Part shown: positions 1 to 10,250 of the stretch, in pieces
Numbering within the stretch: the first letter of the stretch is position 1
Layout of the letters: every line of letters begins with the position of its first letter
Assembly: GCA_035221665.1 (NCBI GenBank)
Contig: CM069161.1
Location: 3,348,001-3,412,000, forward strand
DNA from: Okamejei kenojei
Lineage: Eukaryota
DNA length: 64,000 nt
Direction of reading: 5' to 3'
Position numbers and translations under genes: made by a program
Notes under the pieces: generated by a model
What the model was told of the DNA's origin: nothing
Databases searched by the model: none
Seen by the model: the letters and a program-made list of their open reading frames with translations, nothing else

Positions 1-440
1 GCATAGCTTTAAGGTGAGAGGGGCAAAGTTTAAAGATGTGCGTGCAAGGGTGCCTGGGTTACGCTGTCATGGGTGGAGATGGAGGACGATACAATAGTGA
101 CCTTTAAGAGGCTTTTAGAAAGGCTCATAGATAGTCAGAGAATGGAGTGCATGGATCATATTGTTGTGTTTCAGATGTTGTAAATAACTGAAGCCTTACA
201 CCAAGATAAAGGGCCAAAGACTTTATTAACTACATAGCAAATATGACTTCACACTTGCATGTCTCTCAAATTCTAAGGGAACCAGGCAAGGAGCGTTACT
301 GGGATGCTATTGGGCGTAACTACAAAAGCATGACTCATAACATGATTGACATTGATCTACACACATGTAGAAGATGAGATTAGTTTATCTTAGTGTTACG
401 CTCGGTACAGACATAGGTTGAAGGGCCTGTTCTGTGTGTC
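1..440 (+). mobile_element. HER1/CR1-type LINE 3' fragment, interrupted by a solo LTR at 162-363
   Basis: Encodes the CR1 C-terminal motif HSFKVRG (catagctttaaggtgagagggg). It ends in the gaagggcctgtt tail shared with other HER1 copies and with the SINE tails in the window. Confidence 0.7.
162..363 (-). mobile_element. Solo LTR (Gypsy-like)
   Basis: A 202-bp insert bounded by TG...CA, with AATAAA on the minus strand (tttatt 222-227) about 60 bp from its end. It is flanked by catat (157-161) and catgt (364-368) and interrupts a LINE. Confidence 0.6.
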
Positions 441-1470
441 CATTTGAGCATTGTGGGAAGATATGCACTGGCCCACTTCGCACATCCAACCTATGTCTGT
501 ACCGAGCTTAACTTGCTATACTTTTCTAAGTTCTATGGTCTTTCTTATCGATCTCGTGTTTCCGATACCACTCATTACAACACTATGGTAGTATGGTTAC
601 CATATAGAGTGATTTTTGTACATTTTCCAACATGAATAATATTGTAATATGGATGCGTGTAAAACGGAGGTTGTTTGTTACTCAAGGGTGGCCTGTACAC
701 TGTGACTAATGCAAAGGTATCATGTTGGACAAGGTGGCAAATTTAGTCCAGTGGGAGGCAATGTTTGGGGAAAATATTCCACACACAGTGTGGCTAAAAC
801 ATGGAGTGAACAATGACTGCAAAGGAAACATTTTTAGTAATAAACATCACTGGATGTGCTAAGTGGGCCAGTGCATATCTTCCCACAATGCTCAAATGGA
901 CATGCTGAATGGCCCTCTGCTGTCTTGTGTTCCCTTTCCTCTTGTCCTAGTTTGTTCATGCAGTAGCCATTGTCCATTCCATGTTCTGGTCACACTGTGG
1001 ACGCATAATATCATGAGAGCTGAGTGCATTCAGGGGTCACATTGCAGTGTTGTGATGAAAATGCGTTGCCTCAATTGTTGAGTGAAGCAGCAATCAACAG
1101 CGGCTCAGCCTCGGGAGAGCAGATAGAACTTTGAGATACTCAGTTTTTGCCCTCCAGCCCACTGGAAATCATTTCACAATGACCTGCGAGGTTCAATCAT
1201 TTTCTTTTGTTGCTGGGAGCGGTTTGAATTTCATGCCCAAGGGATCACACTAATACAGCAGGATTACACTCTCACCATCCAGAAATTATATCGTGAAATG
1301 TAACGTCAAAAAATATTGTTTGCTTAAACATATAAAGAGTTTCTTTTTCTCCCCCAACGTAGGATATCACGTGGATTATGTAGTCTGAATCATTCCACAG
1401 TGCAGTGAAATTCTTACCATTAGCTTCTTACCAGCACCTGGCAGAGGAGATCAGTTTATACTTCACAACA

Positions 1471-1645
1471 ATTAGGATTAGTATTGGTACAGGTGTCAGG
1501 GGTACAGGATTAGTACAGGTGTCAAGGGTTATGGGGAGAAGGAAGGAGAATAGGGTTAAGGTAGATAAGCCATGATTGGATGGTGGAATAGACTTGATGG
1601 TGCGAATGACCTAATTCTGCTCCTATCACGTACGAACTAATGAAC
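1471..1645 (+). mobile_element. CR1 LINE 3' end fragment
   Basis: ggtgtcaagggttatggggagaagg...ctaattctgctcctat matches the CR1 3' end at 26058-26414. Confidence 0.7.
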
Positions 1646-2342
1646 AATGAATAGATTGTGAAAGAGAATTCCAAGTGCACAACGTACGTGTGTACTGGGA
1701 CATCCCGCTACGAAGCTGATTTCCTAAAACTAAGCGATATTTCTAAATGTGAGCAAGTCAGAATCGCTGCCGAGTATGAAGGCAGTAAAATTTCCAAATT
1801 TGGAAATCCATCCAGAAGTGGCAGATCTTAAATAACCATCCACCCATGGATGCTAAAAAAAATTGGATAGTTTTTGTAACATGACTCACCCACCTCCGAT
1901 AAATGTCTGTGGTTTTGGAAGATTTCCTCAGTAGCAGCCCTGAAGTCAGATAATCAGTCATTTTGGGCCCTCATTACATTAAAGGTCTTTCTGAAACAAT
2001 GAGTCAGGCTAAAATAATTGCCATCTGACCAAGACTTAACCATTATGAAACATATTATCCATACAATATAATGAGATGCAGTGTGCATAATTTGCAAATA
2101 ATATAATATATTTGAATTTCTCAGGGGAATGGTGAATCTTGGTGCAAGTTTCGATAATTATGTTTTGTCATTTGTATGCTCTTGAGCCTCTGCAGATGGT
2201 TTTAACTCTAAACACGCTGGAACATTTAGAAACACAAATGGGCCTGCTTTTAGGATGTAATCGACTAGCATAGCTGAATTCAAATGCTCCTGGATCCCAG
2301 GTGTTTTGATACCTTTGTATACAAATTCAATTCAAACATTAG

Positions 2343-2862
2343 GGAGCACAGTGGCCCTGCTGCGGAGTTGCTGCCTTCCAGCCTTACCCATAGACCATGG
2401 TTCAATCCTGACAACGGGTGGTGTCTGTACGGAGTTTGTACATTCTCCCTGTGACTGCGTGGGTTTTCTCTGGGCGCTCTGGTTTCCTCGCACATTACAA
2501 AGACGTGCAGGTTTGAAGGTAAAATGACTTCTGTAAGTTGTCCCTAGTGTGTAGGATAGTAGGAAGGAACTGCAGATGCTGGTTTACACCAAAGATAGAC
2601 ACAAAATGCTGGAGTAACTCAGCGCGACAGGCATCATCCCTGAATAGAAGGAATGGATGATGTTTTGGGTCGAGACCCTTCTTGAGACCCGAAACATCAC
2701 CCATTTCTTCCATCCAGAGATGTTGCCTGTCCCGCATAGTTACTCCAGCATTTTGTGTCTATCTTCGGATAGAACTAGTGTACGTTTGATCACTGGTTGG
2801 CATGGATTTGATGGGCCAAAGGGCATGGTTTCACGTTGTATCTCTAAACAACACTAAACTAA
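2343..2862 (+). mobile_element. HE1/V-SINE-type tRNA-derived SINE, split by a Penelope pLTR pair
   Basis: Has a B-box-like ggttcaatcc, the V-domain (ggagtttgtacattctccctgtgactgcgtgggttttctc) and a HER1-like tail ending (ctaaa)n. Confidence 0.85.
2560..2766. mobile_element. Head-to-head inverted pair of Penelope pseudo-LTRs
   Basis: The two arms are reverse complements meeting at the hammerhead motif. ggatag is duplicated at 2554-2559 and 2767-2772, and removing the insert restores the SINE. Confidence 0.85.
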
Positions 2863-3265
2863 ATAAGGGTGCAGTCAACTATTTACACAGTCCTGTGCTC
2901 ATTGATCTGCATTCATTTCTGGTTGACCAATGGTGAGATATTGAAATTCCCATTCATGCTTTATAATCCATTCACAGTCTTTCATCTTCCAGTTTATTTA
3001 TTCCTCCCTTCCCCACGACAGACTACACCCCTCCAAGATCTTTGCGCTCCTCAACTCTTTCCTCGCTTGCTGCAATTGTAATACTTCTGTCATCTGCGTC
3101 CGTTCTTACAGAGGGGAACGCCTTAAAATGTGGATTTGTCTTCCTCTGTGTATCTTCCCACTTTGCATCACTGTCCTGAATAAAACCACTCCTTAGCACT
3201 CACCTCTGATCCGAGCACATCTGCAGAAATACCGTACCATTGATCTGAAATGTAAACCTTGTTTG

Positions 3266-3397
3266 TGTAGGAAGGAACTGCAGATGTTGGTTTTGGACCA
3301 AAGATAGGCACGACATGCTGGAGTAACTTAGCAGATCAGACAGCATGTCTGGAGTAAACGAATAGGTGACGTTTCGGGTCGAGACCCTTCTCCAGAC
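3266..3397 (-). mobile_element. Penelope pLTR inserted into an older plus-strand pLTR (~3240-3460)
   Basis: The minus strand reads gtctggagaagggtctcgacccgaaacgtc... The flanks tgaaatgtaaac and tctgtttctctcttcacagatgctgcc belong to an older pLTR family. Confidence 0.75.
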
Positions 3398-3573
3398 TCT
3401 GTTTCTCTCTTCACAGATGCTGCCCGATCTGCTGAGTGTTTCCAGCACTGGCTGTTTTACCTCACTCCAGGTATCATGTTTATCCCTTGCCTGGATCAGG
3501 GGAAATACTTGCACAGTGATTATTCTGCCTGTATTATATCAGGACTAAAGGAAATCATTCAAATCCCTCAACA

Positions 3574-3838
3574 TAGGTGGCGCAGCGGTAGAGTTGCTGC
3601 CTTCCAGCGCCGGAGACACGGGTCCGATCCTGACTACGGGTGCTGTCTGTGTGGAGTCTGTACGTTCTCCCCGTGATCTGCGTGGGTTTTCTCCGAGATC
3701 TTTGGTTTCCTCCCACACTCCGAAGATGCCCAGGTTTGTAAGTTATTAAGTTGCTTGGTATAAGTGTAAATTGTCCCTAGTGTATGTAGGATAGTGTTAC
3801 TGTGCGGGGATCGCTGGTTGGTGCGGACACGATGGCCG
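3574..3838 (+). mobile_element. HE1/V-SINE-type SINE
   Basis: A-box ggtggcgcagcggtag, B-box ggtccgatcc, V-domain. Confidence 0.9.
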
Positions 3839-4104
3839 AAACAGGGCCTTTGGCAATCAGGCCCTTTGGCAATCACCAACCAGCAATCACCTGTACACTA
3901 GTTCTATTCTACACACTGGGGACAATCTACAGAAGCCAATTAACCTACAAAGCTGCACATCTTTGGAATGTGGAAGGAAAGTGGAGCTCCCGGAGAAACG
4001 CCCAAGCAGTCACGGGAAGAATGTGCAAACTCCGTACAGACAGACCTGTGGTCAGGATCAAATTTGTCTCTCTGGTGCTGTGAGGCTGCGCCACCGTGCG
4101 GCCT
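3838..4104 (-). mobile_element. HE1/V-SINE-type SINE, tail-to-tail with the previous copy
   Basis: Reverse-complement SINE with its head ctgcgccaccgtgcggcc at ~4086-4103. Confidence 0.85.
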
Positions 4105-5576
4105 TTGCCCTTTAGCGAAAGAGAGGATTTCATTTTTGACGCCACTATTTTCAGATCGCCAGCACTTTTACCTTTAAGATATTAGTTGCAAATACAGGAT
4201 TAAAATGGCAGGATTTTTATAGGAACTGCTTCAATAATTGAGAACAGCAGTCTTTTACTTTGGGGAGTAATTCGCCATCTGTGCTCATGTCACCTGGTGT
4301 TTCACTTCTAAAATGATAAGCCCCTTCAGGGATCAGGAGCCAAAGGTGAGTTGATGACCAGGTTCTGAACAGTCACAGGAGCACAATACACTCTGGATTT
4401 CTCCCCGGTTTCCAACATGGGTGAGATTAGCCAGATCCAGGCCTCATCCCTGTCAGGGCCTGTGCTGCAACAATGGTCCCATTTCAGAACCGACTGTTCA
4501 AGCCTCGTTTAAGGGAGACTGCACCGTGGAATCCAATCTGCCGCTAATCGCACACAAAAAAAAAAAGATTATCCAGTTATATAGTAACGGCTGTAATCTC
4601 ATCATTCCCAAAGTGTTTCATAATCTACAAAACACTGTTATTATTTCTTAAGAACATATCAACAAATAAAATAGGAGCAGCAGCAGTCAGGCTTTGCCAT
4701 GGCTGATATGGTTGTAATCTCAGCTCCAACTTCTCTCCTTCTCTCACTAACCTTTCACCCTCTTGCAGTTGAAGCATTCATCCCCCTCCTTTAAATTATA
4801 TATGAACATGTAATATGACCATGACTGATCTAAGCTGCCCCTATCTCTTCTTCAACGCTATTTCTCCACATCTCTCTATTCCTCAATCTTTTTTTTATCC
4901 GCACTTTCTCAGTAGCCGTGACGCTGTAACGCTGTAACGCTGTGCCCTCACATTCTGCACCCTCGTATTTCAGCACTAGTATTCTGCACTGCCTGCTGTA
5001 CTTGTGCATGGCCTGACCGCACTCATGTAAAATATGATTTGACTGGATAGCTTGCAAACATCAAAGTTCTATGTATCTTGGTGCACGTAACAATAATAAA
5101 CCAATACTAATATTAATATCAAAATTAGCCCAACCGATGTCTTATGGATATTAGTAATGCATTTCATGCTAAAGATTTATGCAGTAATGGATTCAACATA
5201 TCCGACACTTCTTTGTTTGGTGTTTTTACTTCATCCAATTTGTTTTCTAAAGACCTGACATTTACCTTTGCCACCCTCTTCCTGTTTGTTTATCCATAGA
5301 AACTCTCTTTGCTCCTTTTCTCCCTTTTTATGAGCTTCATGTGTTTCTGCAGATGGATTCTAAAAACCTCCCAGTCCTTTGACCTACCAACAGGCCTTGC
5401 TGCTTTCAATTTAACATCACTCTTTATATTTTTTGTTATTGTCCCGCTTTCTCATGATTGGGATAACTCTTGGTGAGTATTATTGCAATATCATTTGAAT
5501 ATTGACCACTGTTCACCTACTGGCCTTCCGTTTAAATTGTTGACCAACTCACCCTAGGCAACTCCTCCTCCATACC

Positions 5577-6133
5577 GAAGATAGACACAAAATGCTGGAG
5601 TAACTGAGCAGGGCAGGCAGCATCTCTGGAGAGGGGGAATGGGTGACGTTTCAGGTCGAGACCCATCTTCAGACTGAGGTCAGGGGAGAGGGAGATACAG
5701 AGATAAGGAAGTGTAAGGTGTGAAAATGTGACAAAGGGGATGGGGATCAAGGAAAATGTAGAATAGATCGTTGTTAGTTGGGAGAAGGTAACAACAAAAC
5801 AAACAGAGATAAAATGTAATCGGAGATAGTCAGACTGGTGGGAGAACTGGGAAGGGGAGGGATGGAGAGAGAGGGGAAACAATAATTACTTGAAGTTAGA
5901 GAAGTTTCATCCCGCTGGGTTGTAAGCGAAATATGAGGCTCTGTTCCTCCAATTTGTGCTGGGCCTCACTCTGACAATGGAGGAGGCTCAGGACAGAAAA
6001 GTCAGTGTGAGATTGGGAGGGGGAGTTAAAGTGTATAGCAACCGGGAGATCAGGTAGGTTTGGGCAGACCTGAGCGGAATTGTTCAGTGAAACGATCGCC
6101 AAGTCTGCGCTTGGTCTCACCAATATATAGGAG
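5577..6133 (-). mobile_element. 5'-truncated Penelope-like element (GIY-YIG C-terminus, 3'UTR, pLTR)
   Basis: ORF 5896-6144 PDLPVAIHFNSPSQSH...HKLEEQSLIFRL matches the endonuclease at 16840-17529. TSD tcctcctccatacc (5563-5576) / tcctccttcacacc (6134-6147). Confidence 0.9.
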
Positions 6134-6885
6134 TCCTCCTTCACACCACCATAATTGCCCTTAATTCAATTGAAGGCACTGGTTATACATCTAGTGTGTA
6201 CATCCTCAATCTCTATTTGAAATTCTATTATATTGAAGGCACGACCCTCTAGCATGTCTTTAACTGTCAAAGACCAAACCTACAATAACCCATTCCCAGG
6301 TAGGCTTCATCAAGCACAGCCTTTAAAATTTCTACTTCCTTAGAAGATTGAGGAGATTCAGTATGTTGATGAATATTCTCTTAAACCTCTATCGGTGTAC
6401 AGTACAGAGAATACGGTTGCATCATAGGCTGGTTTGGCAACTTAATGCCCAGGAATGAAGAAGATTGTAGAAAGTGGTGAACACTGCCCAGTCCATCACG
6501 TGTACTGACCTCCCCACCATCGAAGGGAGCTACAGGAGTCGCTGCCTCAAAATGTCAGCCAGCAGCATCAGAGACCCACACCACCCTGGCCAAGCTCTCA
6601 TTTCCCTCCTGCCATCGGGAAGAAGGTATGGTAGCCTGAAAACCGTAACATCCAGGAGCAGCTTCTTCCCGACATCCATCCGGCTATTTAACACTGCAAC
6701 CTCCAAATAAGCTACAAACTACAAAGACTTAGGGGAATTGTTTTTGTCTTTTCACTATTATTGTTTTTTTAATATATATCCACTGAACTTTTTTTCTGGT
6801 GTTTTCTTAAGGTGTAACAGGGTATTATGTTTGCTGCAGATTATAATGGTGTACTGCTTCAAACAAGAATGTAATTCTTCTGTTT

Positions 6886-7557
6886 CCATACAATAAAACT
6901 CCTCAAACTGCAGAGCATCCTGGACAATACAGCTCACCCTCTCCATGACACACTGGTCAACCTGAGGAGTACCTCCAGCACCAGACTGGTTCCACCAAAA
7001 TGCAGGACAGAATGCCACTGGAGATCCTTCTTCCCCAAGGAAGAAGGATCTAAGGATAAGGGGGAATTCCTTTAGGACCGAGACGAGGAAAACATTTTTC
7101 ACACAGAGAGTGGTGAGTCTCTGGAATTCTCTGCCACAGAAGGTAGTTGAGGCCAGTTCATTGACTATATTTAAGAGGGAGTTAGATGTGGCCCTTGTGG
7201 CTAAAGGGATCAGGGGGTATGGAGAGAAGGCAGGTACAGGATACTGAGTTGGATGATCAGCCATGATCATATTGAATGGCGGTGCAGGCTCGAAGGGCCG
7301 AATGGCCTACTCCTGCACCTATTTTCTATGCTTCTATGTTTCTATGTTTCCCTGGGGCTGCATCCCCTCCCCCTTCTGTCGTGGGGTACACTGAGACAGA
7401 CTCCTCCACCCCCCCCCCCCCATCCGCAACATTTGCACGTCCCCAATCCTTTCCACTCGTCACTTTAGTGACATGTTTCATGTATTTTGTGTTTTTATAA
7501 CTGTTGGCAGATCAATCTCCCTCCTGGGATAAATAAAGTTCAATCGTATCGTATCGT
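6886..7557 (+). mobile_element. Rex1-type LINE 3' fragment (second subfamily), split by a CR1
   Basis: Translates KLQSILDNTAHPLHDTLVNLRSTSSTRLVPPKCRTECHWRSFFP. It resumes after 7349 and ends aataaagttca(atcgt)n. Confidence 0.7.
7051..7349 (+). mobile_element. CR1 LINE 3' end
   Basis: Encodes the FFTQRVVSLWNSLPQ motif and ends in a (tttctatg)n tail. Confidence 0.9.
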
Positions 7558-7607
7558 CAAAACACTCTTGACTCTTGATCATCATGGTGGGCTAGAGGGC
7601 TGTACGG

Positions 7608-7756
7608 GGTGGGGAGATCGCAACCTTCACGTGGTCCGCCCTGTTTCGACGAATGCAATCAACTCGACATGCACAATCAAATAAGATCAAATAGAACAAG
7701 TTGTCCTACAACTTTAGGCTGTGCACGCCATACACAAGAGAGAGAGAGAGAGATAG
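7608..7756 (+). mobile_element. Short retroposon with (AG)n tail, possibly RTE-mobilised
   Basis: Flanked by a 14-bp TSD, agagggctgtacgg (7594-7607) / agagggctgtatgg (7757-7770). Family not identified. Confidence 0.55.
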
Positions 7757-7879
7757 AGAGGGCTGTATGGCTCAATGAAGCATGGAGGGAGGCAGATATA
7801 GCAGAATCAATAGTTGAGCCCGCAATGGTAGCACTGCATGGAAGGAACCAGGAGGATGTTCTATCGTTTTTGACAGATT

Positions 7880-8172
7880 GTCAGCATGCTGACCAGTTGC
7901 ATCGTGGCTTGGTTCGGCAACTTGAGCGCCCAGGGGCGGAAAAGACTGCAAAAAGTTATAAACACTGCCCAGTCCATCATCGGCTCTGACCTCCCTTCCA
8001 TTGAGGGGATCTATCACAGTCGCTGCCTCAAAAAGGCTGGCAGCATCATCAAGGACCCACACCATCGTGGCCACACACTCATTTCCCCGCTGCCTTCAGA
8101 TAGAAGGTACAGGAGCCTGAAATCCGCAACATCCAGGTTCAGGAATAGCTGCTTCCCCACAGTCATCAGGCT
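7880..8172 (+). mobile_element. Rex1/Babar LINE 3' fragment, left part (host of the DIRS insertion)
   Basis: ORF 7886-8194 LTSCIVAWFGNLSAQGRKRLQKVINTAQ...FRNSCFPTVIRL. It continues at 13559. Confidence 0.85.
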
Positions 8173-8453
8173 GTTTTACTTCGGAGTCACGTGAGTGACT
8201 ACGTGAAGAAGCCCCGCCTGGCGCTTGATCGGCATTACGTCGACGCTGATGGCAGAAGCAAGAGCTGCAGAGCGCAGCTCCCCTCAGCGGTAAGAACGGG
8301 CCCGCAGGTAAGTGCAATTGATTTACTTTAGGGCGTTCTAAAAAAGCATTACGTTGGCGTATAGAACCAGCAAAATGAAAGTAAAATGTTTACAAAAAAT
8401 CAGAGTCACGCTGGCGTACTGATCCAGCAAAGATAATAAGAAATTGAAACAAA

Positions 8454-10250
8454 ATGGAGAAGTCTCAGAGGAAGATTTTGCGGGTAAAAAGATCGTCCCG
8501 GGGAGAGGCTAAAGAGTCGGGACAAGAGATTAGTGCGGAGCCGGTTCCGGTACCGGTGGCCGTTGATTCACCCGTTAGTGAGACTATAATTCCTCCAGAA
8601 ACATAAACCACGGAGGAAAATGTGCCTAAGAAAAGTAAAAAGAAATCCGTGAGGCCCGTGGTTTCTGATGATGACTCTGATAATGAAAGTCCTCCGGATA
8701 ATAAAGCTATATGGCTAAAAATGGAACATATGGAGAAAGTGCTCCAAAATATTATGAGACAAGGGTCAAAGAACCCAGAATTTTCCCATACAGACCCTGA
8801 GGGGTTTGAATATCCAGAATATGGCTATGTGCCAAATTGGGAATATGAAACCAGACCCAGGATTAAGGGTGGAGGAAGTCTCCTTTGATGAAGTTCCAGG
8901 AGTATCAGGGCTGCAAGAGACAGACCCTGAAAGTGGTGATGTGGATTATGAGTGCACACCACAAATAAAAAAGAGAAGGCCATATGTGCCTGATATGGCA
9001 AAAGATTTTGCTATACCTGAAGGAAGTGGTGAGGCTATGAAAGAAAACTTAGCTGCCAGCATTAATTATATGGTATCTCACCAACTTCAAGATTCTGTTA
9101 TGGCTGAAACAGCAGAATTATATAAAACACCGGAAAATTGCACCTCATTGAAGGTACCTACGGTGAATCCGACTATATGGACATCAGTCATGAGAGGACA
9201 AGAAATAAGGTTTCAAAGAATCCTCAAACTGATTTCAGCTGCCATTACTGCTTTTGGAAAGCAAATGGAAGGGTCAGAAATGATCAAAATCCAAAGAAAT
9301 AGAAACATAGAAACATAGAAATTAGGTGCAGGAGCAGGCCATTCGGCCCTTCGAGACTGCACCGCCATTCAATATGATCATGGCTGATCATCCAACTCAG
9401 TATCCTGTACCTGCCTTCTCTCCATACCCCCTGAGCCCTTCAGCCACAAGGACCACATCCAACTCCCTCTTAAATATGGCCAACGAACTGGCCTCAACTA
9501 CCTTCTGGTGCAGAGAATTGCACAGATTCACCACTCTCTGTGTGAAAAACGATTTTCTCATCTCGGTCCTAAAAGACTTCCCCCTTATCCTTAAACTGTG
9601 ACCCCTTCTCCTGGACTTCCCCGACATCGGGAACAATCTTCCTGCATCTAGCCTGTCCAACCCCTTAAGAATTTTGTAAGTCTCTATGAGATCACCCCTC
9701 AATCTTCTAAATTCCAGTGAGTACAAGCCAAGTCTATCCAGTCTTTCTTCTCTGGGAAGTCGTGCCATCCCAGGAATCAGTCTGGTGAACCTTCTCTGTA
9801 CTCCCTCTATGGCAAGAATGTCTTTCCTCAGATTAGGAGACCAAAACTGTACGCAATACTCCAGGTGCGGCCTCACCAAGACCCTGTACAACTGCAGATA
9901 CATTGGGCTTATTGTGCAATTCCTTTTATGAAATTAATTGTATGAGGAAAATTGCGATTCGGCCCATATTTCATCCTAGATTTGCAGGTCTGTGCCGATC
10001 AAGTGGTGTTCAATCTTCTGGTTATCTATTTGGAAAACCTGCCTAAACAAATAAGAAAAATGGATGAAGAGGCTAAATCTATTAGCTACATGAGACCTTT
10101 CGTTTTTGGACAAAAAAGGTACTATACACCAAGAAGGGGATCTGATTTTGGAACAAATAGAGGCAGGAATATGGTAAGAAAATATTACCATCCAACACAG
10201 CCTAATGTTCACCCATATACGGGGAGAAGGAGACCACCACGTTCATATGG
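8454..10250 (+). pseudogene. DIRS ORF1 (gag-like), with stops and frameshifts, interrupted by a CR1
   Basis: ATG at 8454 (MEKSQRK...) is in frame with ORF 8622. ORF 8806-9318 (TPENCTSLKVPTVNPTIW) is homologous to the second copy at 37435-38790. Confidence 0.7.
9297..9897 (-). mobile_element. 5'-truncated CR1 LINE inserted in DIRS gag
   Basis: ORF 9397-9903 LYRVLVRPHLEYCVQFWSP...; (tttctatg)n tail at 9297-9320. The second DIRS copy lacks this insert. Confidence 0.95.

Larger units (their letters stand above)
6320..7578 (+). mobile_element. Rex1/Babar-clade LINE 3' fragment with nested insertions in its 3'UTR
   Basis: ORF 6474-6710 ...LPTIEG..SRCLK..SIRDPHHPG..LLPSGRRY..SFFP..IRLFN. The (ctcttga)n tail resumes at 7558-7578. 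Confidence 0.75.

Noticed and set aside
3574-3645. tRNA gene (A and B boxes)
   Set aside because: It is a SINE head continuing into the V-domain, with no complete cloverleaf. The same applies to the other copies.
4321-4352. Micro-exon ccccttcag|16 nt|gtgagt (similar case near 27938-27980)
   Set aside because: Not frame-preserving, and such matches are expected by chance in 64 kb.
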